Source: Coriobacteriia bacterium (GTDB lineage Bacteria > Actinomycetota > Coriobacteriia > Anaerosomatales > JAAXUF01). Taken from it: 64,000 nucleotides of DNA. Positions within the stretch are counted from its first letter, which is position 1; the number at the start of each line of letters is the position of its first letter. The notes under the pieces are model-generated. The model was not told the origin of the DNA. It worked only from the letters and a program-made list of their open reading frames with translations, and made no database searches. The stretch is taken from assembly GCA_038249135.1 (NCBI GenBank), contig JBBRWO010000002.1, forward strand, positions 3,203 to 67,202, written 5' to 3'. Made by a program: the position numbers and the translations under genes. This document shows positions 57,765 to 64,000 of this stretch, piece after piece.

Positions 57765-58300
57765 TGTGGATACTGTGGAAAACCCAGTATGCACGCTTGT
57801 GGAACCTGTGGACAACCCGCCGCCGACCATTGTTGGTCGCCGAGGCCTTTGGTATTCTCGGCGCTCACGAATCAGCTGTGGACAACCGCTGCTCGTGAGA
57901 TTGAAAACACCCGCTCAGGGCCTCATATTCACCTAGGGACGCTCCTGGGGTGCTGGAGCCTCACCGGGTGGTCGTCGTGACCTCCGGCGCCGGATCGGGC
58001 CACCCCTGACGTGTGCGCCGCTTTCCACAGTTGTTCCCCGTCCGGAATGACCTTTCCACAGTTTGCATCGCCAGCTCTAGAGCGAACGCCGAGCGTGAGC
58101 AGCGATTTCTCTACTCGGCCCGTCTGGCCGGCTTCCGTAGTTTCCACAGTTGTGGAAAGCGTTGTGGACAATCAAGGAAAGCCCATGTCAGGGGCTTCCA
58201 CTCGGTGGTTGTGTGGTGGAAAACTTGTGGTGGATACGGCCGTGTACTGGTGAATTGTGAGAGCAGTTAGCGGGGCGTCAATGGGGAGACCTGTGGATTA
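57765..58300. other. oriC, upstream DnaA-box arrays
   Basis: TGTGGATAC 57765, TGTGGAAAA 57774, TGTGGAACC 57798, TGTGGACAA 57807, TGTGGACAA 57877, TTTCCACA 58022, 58053 and 58141, TGTGGAAAG 58151, TGTGGACAA 58163, TGTGGATTA 58292. Gene-strand polarity switches here. Confidence 0.75.
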
Positions 58301-58311
58301 CTCGCACTGAA

Positions 58312-59202
58312 ATGGAAAGCATGGGGGATATGAGATCGTTTTACGGAGATTCCAACCGGAGCCTTGGGACCATGGGTTCGACCATAGTCGTGGATGCGCA
58401 TTCGCCACTCGATAACCCTATAGGCTCGCGCGCGCGGGTTGCGGTATATGAGGCCCCCGGCGCGGCCCCGCGTGTCGAAGAGGTCGAACCGGGACCCACC
58501 GGTGAGTACATCGAACGGCTCACCACGACCATTCACCGGCTCGCGCGTGAGCAGGGGAGCGACATTCCCTACACCGTCGTCCGTGAGGTAACAGAGAACT
58601 TCATCCACGCGCGATTCGCCGAGCCTGTGGTATCGATTCTCGACAAGGGGATGACCATTCGCTTTGCGGATCAAGGGCCGGGGATTGCAGACAAAGCGAA
58701 TGCTGTTCAGCCTGGCTTCACTACCGCCGCCGGTGATATGAAGCGCTACATCCGTGGAGTGGGCTCCGGTCTTCCGTTGGTGCGCGACTTTCTATCACTA
58801 TCCGGAGGCACTTTGGTACTCGAGGACAATCTGGGAGCCGGCTCAGTCGTGACAATCAGTTCACACCCTGAGGCACTCCCTGTGTATCAACCCCTTATGC
58901 CTGAAGGTGCGGAAGCGGCGTCTGCCCGCCAGTTCACCGCCCCTTCCGCCCAGCAGCATTTTGTAACATCAGACGAGCGGGTGTTGCGTTTGCCCACAAG
59001 ACAACAGCAGGTTTTGGCCTTGGTTATGGAAACAGGTCTCGTCGGCCCGAGTATCGTCGCCAAGGAACTTGGTGTCGGGGTTTCCACCGCGTACCGGGAC
59101 CTGGCCTCTCTGGAAGACGCCAATTTAATCGAAGCTGACGGCGGCAAACGAACCCTGACCGAACAGGGACTGCGCTACATCAATGAATACATGGCTCGCT
59201 GA
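58312..59202 (+). CDS. GHKL-type ATPase-like domain fused to C-terminal winged-HTH; family not recognised
   Basis: N box VREVTENFIHA, G1 FADQGPGI, G2 IRGVGSGLPLV, then GAGSVVTIS. The C-terminal HTH is QQQVLALVMETGLVGPSIVAKELGVGVSTAYRDLASLEDANLIEADGGKR. The start is uncertain (58312, 58321 or 58372). Confidence 0.65.
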   Translation: MESMGDMRSFYGDSNRSLGTMGSTIVVDAHSPLDNPIGSRARVAVYEAPGAAPRVEEVEPGPTGEYIERLTTTIHRLAREQGSDIPYTVVREVTENFIHARFAEPVVSILDKGMTIRFADQGPGIADKANAVQPGFTTAAGDMKRYIRGVGSGLPLVRDFLSLSGGTLVLEDNLGAGSVVTISSHPEALPVYQPLMPEGAEAASARQFTAPSAQQHFVTSDERVLRLPTRQQQVLALVMETGLVGPSIVAKELGVGVSTAYRDLASLEDANLIEADGGKRTLTEQGLRYINEYMAR

Positions 59203-59245
59203 GTCATCCGCTTTCTTGACGACCCAATTGATTGAGGCCTTACCA

Positions 59246-60622
59246 ATGATCACCACTGATATTGAAACGATTTGGAGCCGGGTGCTCGATATCATCCGTG
59301 TCGAACTGAACGAGCCCAACTTTAAGACGTGGTTTGAGCACACGGTGCCTATCCAAACCAACGAGCCGGGCGTCTTCCTTGTGGGTGTGCAGAACGACTT
59401 TGCCCGTGCGTGGCTCGAGGAGAGGTACACACAGCGCCTGAGCGCCGCAGTGTCACAGGTGATTGGGGATGACATCTGTGTGAAGATTGTTGTTGATGGC
59501 AATCTCTCTGTTGAGAAATTCTCCCCCTCGGTGGAACGGCCAAGTGTTATTACGGAGGAAGTCGCGCCCGTCAGCTCCACTGTTGTTGAAGCTGAAGAGG
59601 AGTACAACCCTCGCTACACGTTTGACTCTTTCGTCGTAGGTGATTCAAACGCTTTCGCAAGAAATGCTGCGCTTGCTGTCGCTGAACAGCCTGGGTTGAA
59701 GTACAACCCTCTCTTCCTTTGGGGTGGACCGGGCCTCGGAAAGACCCACCTTCTTCACGCGATTGCTCAATATGTGAATGAGAGCTTCCCCCACAAGAAG
59801 GTCCTTCTGGTGACTGCAGAACGCTTCCTGAATGACTTCGTGGAATCGGTAAACGCAAGAACATCAAATGAGTTCCGCCGTAAGTACCGCACAGTGGATG
59901 TTCTACTGATCGACGATATTCAGTTCCTTCAGAAGAAGGAGGGAATTCAGGAGCAGTTCTTCAATACCTTCAACGAGCTCATGCAGCGCGGTAAAGCGGT
60001 CGTTCTCGCCTCGGATCGCTCTCCGCGCGATATAAATATGGAGGAACGCTATACAAGCCGCTTCGCTTCGGGGCTTCCTGCCGACATCCAGCCGCCTAAC
60101 TACGAAACGCGGCTGGCCATCCTTCGGCAGTACGTAGAGCGCGAGAAGATGCCGGTCGAGCGCGAGGCTCTTTCCTACGTTGCTGAGATAAGCACCCCTA
60201 ACATCCGCGAGATGGAAGGTGCTATGAACCGCATAGGGGCATGGCTACATCTCTCTAAACGCCCTGTGGTTGATCTTGAGATGGCCCGTGAAGTTCTTCT
60301 GACGGTGTTTCCGGATCACTCGGCTCGTCCCATCTCCTTGGCTTCCATTCAGCGTGAGGTGTGCCGTTTCTATGGGATTGCTCACAATGACCTGATTGGT
60401 AGTAAACGGTCACAGAACATCGTCTATCCTCGACAGATAGCCATGTACCTCGCGCGTGACCTTACTGATCTCTCACTTCCAAAGATTGGTGATGCTTTTG
60501 GTGGTCGCGACCACACCACAGTGATGCACGCCACCGCGAAGATTCATAAACTCATGAGCGAACAGCGTGACGTGTACAACCAGATCCAAACTCTTACGAA
60601 TCAGATTCGGCAGAAAAACTGA
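59246..60622 (+). CDS. dnaA: Chromosomal replication initiator DnaA
   Basis: Begins [24 protein letters not shown]+ motifs are [17 protein letters not shown] and LLIDDIQF. Domain IV is [11 protein letters not shown]. The track start at 59183 overlaps the upstream gene. Confidence 0.95.
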   Translation: MITTDIETIWSRVLDIIRVELNEPNFKTWFEHTVPIQTNEPGVFLVGVQNDFARAWLEERYTQRLSAAVSQVIGDDICVKIVVDGNLSVEKFSPSVERPSVITEEVAPVSSTVVEAEEEYNPRYTFDSFVVGDSNAFARNAALAVAEQPGLKYNPLFLWGGPGLGKTHLLHAIAQYVNESFPHKKVLLVTAERFLNDFVESVNARTSNEFRRKYRTVDVLLIDDIQFLQKKEGIQEQFFNTFNELMQRGKAVVLASDRSPRDINMEERYTSRFASGLPADIQPPNYETRLAILRQYVEREKMPVEREALSYVAEISTPNIREMEGAMNRIGAWLHLSKRPVVDLEMAREVLLTVFPDHSARPISLASIQREVCRFYGIAHNDLIGSKRSQNIVYPRQIAMYLARDLTDLSLPKIGDAFGGRDHTTVMHATAKIHKLMSEQRDVYNQIQTLTNQIRQKN

Positions 60623-60632
60623 TCTACCCTTC

Positions 60633-60860
60633 GTGAGAGGCCTGTTGATAACCGTGTAGAAAGCATGGGGACAACCTCGGGAAGATCAGCGGAACCTGTT
60701 GATGAAATCTTGGACCTGAGGATAGTGTGGACGGCGAGAGCAATCCACCAACAGCGTTGAGATAAGAGACACGCCGACCGTAAGCAGCGGAAACGTACGT
60801 CATCCACATATCCACAGCCCTTAGTGGTGGTACTGGTAATCATTTAAGGAAGAAGAAAGG
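60633..60860. other. oriC, dnaA-dnaN intergenic DnaA boxes plus AT-rich stretch
   Basis: TGTtGATAA 60633, TGTtGATgA 60687, TGTGGACGG 60716, TCATCCACA 60790, ATATCCACA 60798. These are followed by ttagtggtggtactggtaatcatttaaggaagaagaaagg, the most AT-rich patch of the region. Confidence 0.6.
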
Positions 60861-60868
60861 ACTATTAC

Positions 60869-61969
60869 ATGAAGATCAGTATCGCCCGCAGTGAATTGCT
60901 TGAGGGTCTGTCTACCGTTGGCAAAGGAATGTCGGCCCGATCGACACTCCCGATTCTTTCTGGAATTCTCATTACCGCAGGAGAGGGAGAAATTCTTCTG
61001 CAGGCAACGGATCTCGAGGTATCCATAAAACACACCAGCCCAGCCTTGATTGAGCAGACCGGGCAGATCGTTGTTCCGGGCAAATTGCTCATGGACATCG
61101 TGAGAAGTCTCCCTGAAGCCGCGGTCACAATCGAGACAGAAGGAGAGACTGCTCATATCAGGTGTCAGCAATCCTCGTTTACCGTGAAGACATTGAAGCC
61201 CGGGGACTTTCCGAAGTTTCCAGAAGTAGAGGTTGAGAAATCACTCGTGCTTCCCTCCGCCACTCTCGTCTCAATGGTTCGCCAGGTTTCAAGAGCCGTA
61301 AGCAGGGATGAGACAAGAGCCATCCTCACAGGAATTCTTCTGATTATTGAAGGACCCTCAATCAAGATGGTGGCTACTGACTCATATCGCCTTGCAGTCA
61401 GAGAAGTCGTCCTCGAGAAAGAGGCCGGCGAGGACATTGAAGTGGTAATCCCCGGGAAAGCCCTCGAGGAAGTAACCCGTCTTGGATCAGAAGCAGAATC
61501 TGTGGTCCTGGGCATATCCGAGAATCAGATCGTCTTTGAATTTGGGAGCACGGTATTCATCACCCGTCGAATCGAGGGGACCTTCCCAAACTACAAACAA
61601 CTCATTCCAAAGGAATCTGAAACAACGGCGGTTGTTTCAGGAGAAGAGCTGAGCGCAGCTGTGAAGAGAGTTTCACTGATGGCCCTTCACAACACCCCAC
61701 TGCGTATATCTGTGAACATTGAAGATCAGACGCTGTCCCTGTCAGCGGCCACCCAGGATGTTGGGGACGCATCTGAAGATCTGATGGTCAAAGCTGAAGG
61801 GCACGATGTTGAGATCGCGTTCAATCACGCTTTCTTGATGGATGGCTTGGGCTCCATCGGTACAGACTCAGTGCGTCTTGAGGTGCAGAGCGCCCTGAAG
61901 CCTGGGCTGCTCAAGAGCGTGGAGCAGGAAGGATTCCTCTACCTTCTTATGCCTGTACGGCTCGGCTAG
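60869..61969 (+). CDS. dnaN: DNA polymerase III beta sliding clamp
   Basis: Begins MKISIARSELLEGLSTVGKGMSARSTLPILSGILI. MVATDSYRLA is present, and the protein ends LLMPVRL. Confidence 0.95.
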   Translation: MKISIARSELLEGLSTVGKGMSARSTLPILSGILITAGEGEILLQATDLEVSIKHTSPALIEQTGQIVVPGKLLMDIVRSLPEAAVTIETEGETAHIRCQQSSFTVKTLKPGDFPKFPEVEVEKSLVLPSATLVSMVRQVSRAVSRDETRAILTGILLIIEGPSIKMVATDSYRLAVREVVLEKEAGEDIEVVIPGKALEEVTRLGSEAESVVLGISENQIVFEFGSTVFITRRIEGTFPNYKQLIPKESETTAVVSGEELSAAVKRVSLMALHNTPLRISVNIEDQTLSLSAATQDVGDASEDLMVKAEGHDVEIAFNHAFLMDGLGSIGTDSVRLEVQSALKPGLLKSVEQEGFLYLLMPVRLG

Positions 61970-61975
61970 GGAGTC

Positions 61976-63064
61976 ATGGGTCTTTCGGTAACACATCTTC
62001 AACTACAAAACTTCCGTAGCTACGAGAGTTTTGAGTTGCTACCGGATCCTCATCTCACGGTCATAGTTGGGCCAAACGCTATAGGCAAAACAAACGTCAT
62101 CGAAGCCCTACAGCTTCTGACTGCAGCTGAATCGTTTCGGCGTCCCCAGTGGGGTGAAACGATTCGCTGGGGGGCCGAGGAGACTTCGGCTGTTCTAACG
62201 GCCGAGGGTGATGGGCGCCTGCTCGAAATGAGTGTGACAATTGGTAGTGCGGGAAAGCGCGAGTACCGAGTAAACGGCAAACCCAGAAGAAGGATCGCCG
62301 AGGTCACAGGAATCCTTCCATGTGTTCTTTTCACACCGGAGGATCTGCGGTTGGTCAAGGATTCAGCCGATAAACGAAGATCCGCTTTGGATTCCCTTGG
62401 GGTTCAACTGTCTCCCTCATATCGCTCACTGAAGAGTGAATATGAGCGGCTGGTCAGACAGCGCAACGCACAGCTACGGGCGCCCTCCATGAATAAGGAG
62501 GTGCTCGCGACAGTCACCGACCAAACCATCCTCGTCGGAGCGTCCTTCATGGCAGCCAGGATGAGACTCTTCGCTCGCATCGATCACAAGATGTCAGAGT
62601 TGTATGACACGTTGTCTTCAGGAGAAACACTCTCGTCCCACTATTCTCCTTCGTGGGATACCGCCAAAACGGTTTCTGGAGGGGCCCTAGAGGACAGCCT
62701 CCGGAGTAGTGCCAACCTTCGGCACGATGAGGAAGTTGCCAGAGGCACCACGCTGTTCGGGCCACACCGAGATGATGTGTTCTTTGAAATCAACGGAAAA
62801 GGGGCAAGGGCGTTCTCTTCACAGGGGCAACAACGAACCATTGCCCTGGCCTGGAAGCTGGCGGAGGTCTCCGTGGTGAAGGATATAGCCGGACAGGCAC
62901 CACTACTTCTACTTGATGACGTCATGTCTGAGTTGGATGAGGATCGCCGTCACAGTCTCGCGCTATCGGTGGGAGAGGCGGCCCAAACCGTGATCACGAC
63001 GACCAACATCGGATACTTCGATAGGGAACTGCTGGATCGAGCAAAGGTGGTAACCCTGCGGTGA
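61976..63064 (+). CDS. recF: DNA replication and repair protein RecF
   Basis: LQLQNFRSYE, GPNAIGKTNVIEAL, SQGQQRTIALAWKLAE, LLLLDDVMSELD. Confidence 0.95.
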   Translation: MGLSVTHLQLQNFRSYESFELLPDPHLTVIVGPNAIGKTNVIEALQLLTAAESFRRPQWGETIRWGAEETSAVLTAEGDGRLLEMSVTIGSAGKREYRVNGKPRRRIAEVTGILPCVLFTPEDLRLVKDSADKRRSALDSLGVQLSPSYRSLKSEYERLVRQRNAQLRAPSMNKEVLATVTDQTILVGASFMAARMRLFARIDHKMSELYDTLSSGETLSSHYSPSWDTAKTVSGGALEDSLRSSANLRHDEEVARGTTLFGPHRDDVFFEINGKGARAFSSQGQQRTIALAWKLAEVSVVKDIAGQAPLLLLDDVMSELDEDRRHSLALSVGEAAQTVITTTNIGYFDRELLDRAKVVTLR

Positions 63065-63609
63065 GTAGAAGAGGAAAGACCCAGCCGCTCGGACAAGGCA
63101 TATCTCAACTCATAGGGAGGCTCGACCGGAAGGCCGGCGGAGCATATACACAGGCGCGTGTGGGGATACTGTGGCAGGAGCTGGCCGGACCGATGGTGAC
63201 CGGCCACACAACGGGCGCCCACCTCCGCGACGGAACACTGGTGATTTACGTCGACGGGCCAACGTGGGCTACCGAGCTCACTGCAATGTCAGAGACGTAT
63301 AGGAAGCGAATCAACTCAGATCTTGGTAAGAACGCGGTTAGAAACATCAGGTTCACTATCTCCAGGAAGGTGGCCGAGGAGTACCGCCTCAAAAAGACAG
63401 AACTCGAGGATGAAGAATTCTACCTTCAGGATGTGGTGGATTCGGTTCCCTTGACAGAGAGCGAACGTGCGCAAGTTGAGGCTTCAACCGAATGTATCCC
63501 CGACGGACAACTGCGGGAGGCGGCAGTGAGGGCTACAGTCGCTGATCTCGAGTGGAAAAAGGGTCTTACCGCCCGGAAAGTCCGCGAGGCGGGACGAGAG
63601 GGCTCCTGA
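63061..63609 (+). CDS. DUF721 (DciA-like) protein
   Basis: The core is WQELAGPMVTGHTTGAHLRDGTLVIYVDGPTWATELTAMSETYRKRIN. It occupies the conserved recF-gyrB position. It overlaps the recF stop as GTGA. Confidence 0.8.
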   Translation: MSRRGKTQPLGQGISQLIGRLDRKAGGAYTQARVGILWQELAGPMVTGHTTGAHLRDGTLVIYVDGPTWATELTAMSETYRKRINSDLGKNAVRNIRFTISRKVAEEYRLKKTELEDEEFYLQDVVDSVPLTESERAQVEASTECIPDGQLREAAVRATVADLEWKKGLTARKVREAGREGS

Positions 63610-63739
63610 GACGCATTCTAGGGTCTCTCACCCTACACGTTGTGGTAAGATGCGGAGGGGTACCACCACATATCGTATCCAACGTGGACGAGGGCGCTGT
63701 CGCCCAGTTTCTCACGCGTAAGTAAGCAAAGGAGCAAGT

Positions 63740-64000
63740 GTGGCGAAAGAAGCTTCGTACTCAGGAAAAGACATCCAGGTACTGGAGGGTCTTGAGGCGG
63801 TTCGCAAGCGCCCTGGTATGTATATCGGCTCCACGGGCCCACGAGGACTCCATCACCTCGTGTACGAAATCGTGGACAACGCCGTCGACGAGGCCCTCGC
63901 GGGATACTGCACCCATGCAGAGGTGGTCATTCACGCCGACAACTCCATTAGCGTTACCGACAACGGTCGCGGCATCCCCGTGGATAAGCACCCAAAACTG
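63740..64000 (+). CDS. gyrB: DNA gyrase subunit B, N-terminal fragment (continues beyond window end)
   Basis: Own translation from GTG at 63740: [56 protein letters not shown]...[13 protein letters not shown]. An AAGGAG SD is present. Confidence 0.95.
   Translation, partial: MAKEASYSGKDIQVLEGLEAVRKRPGMYIGSTGPRGLHHLVYEIVDNAVDEALAGYCTHAEVVIHADNSISVTDNGRGIPVDKHPKL

Noticed and set aside
59183-59245. dnaA start at 59183 as in the ORF track
   Set aside because: It would overlap the upstream gene by 20 nt and add 21 non-conserved residues. The ATG at 59246 gives the typical DnaA domain I start ([14 protein letters not shown]).

Overview
This is a 64-kb high-GC, actinobacterial-type chromosome segment that runs into the replication origin. 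The taxon is inferred from the PafBC pair, DUF5679, DUF721 between recF and gyrB, and anaerobe-type genes (hcp, rubrerythrin, feoAB). The left ~52 kb has hand-sampled GC of about 62-73% and is mostly minus-strand. It carries rpsF-ssb-rpsR-(DUF2232-like membrane gene)-rplI-dnaB, an M23 peptidase, tRNA-Gly(CCC), a GGDEF cyclase, a CcsA-like cytochrome c assembly gene and an M28 peptidase. It also carries a nitrosative-stress cluster: YgbA-like, ferredoxin, hcp, a membrane CXXCH protein and a divergent Crp/Fnr regulator. Further along are a PAS kinase whose H-box His is Arg, a PafB/PafC-like WYL pair, a HepT/MntA toxin-antitoxin pair and exonuclease-DinG. sdaAB and sdaAA are split by a GNAT/feoAB/P-type ATPase block. 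Two P-type ATPases each sit behind a yybP-ykoY-like (Mn2+) riboswitch leader. A sensor-less kinase, ddl, htrA, reverse rubrerythrin, rlmN and addAB follow. The right ~12 kb has hand-sampled GC of about 47-55%. It carries parB-parA-rsmG, two near-consensus parS sites, jag-yidC-yidD-rnpA-rpmH and oriC DnaA-box arrays, then dnaA-dnaN-recF-DUF721-gyrB. The most notable observations are: (1) an unrecognised GHKL-ATPase plus HTH gene embedded in oriC between rpmH and dnaA; (2) PafBC-type promoter motifs (TGTCRGTG-N8-TAnnnT) in front of dnaB and dinG, the latter apparently leaderless; (3) twin riboswitch-ATPase modules, one translationally coupled to a sensor-less kinase; (4) a kinase lacking its phospho-acceptor His; (5) a 127-nt nested hairpin with a perfect 24-bp stem inside the hcp operon; (6) an unannotated 58-aa Cys-rich ORF in the feo operon; (7) a sharp GC step at the ytxH/parB junction. 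I saw no CRISPR array, rRNA, transposase or integrase. All calls rest on reading the sequence and remembered family motifs, and no searches were run.
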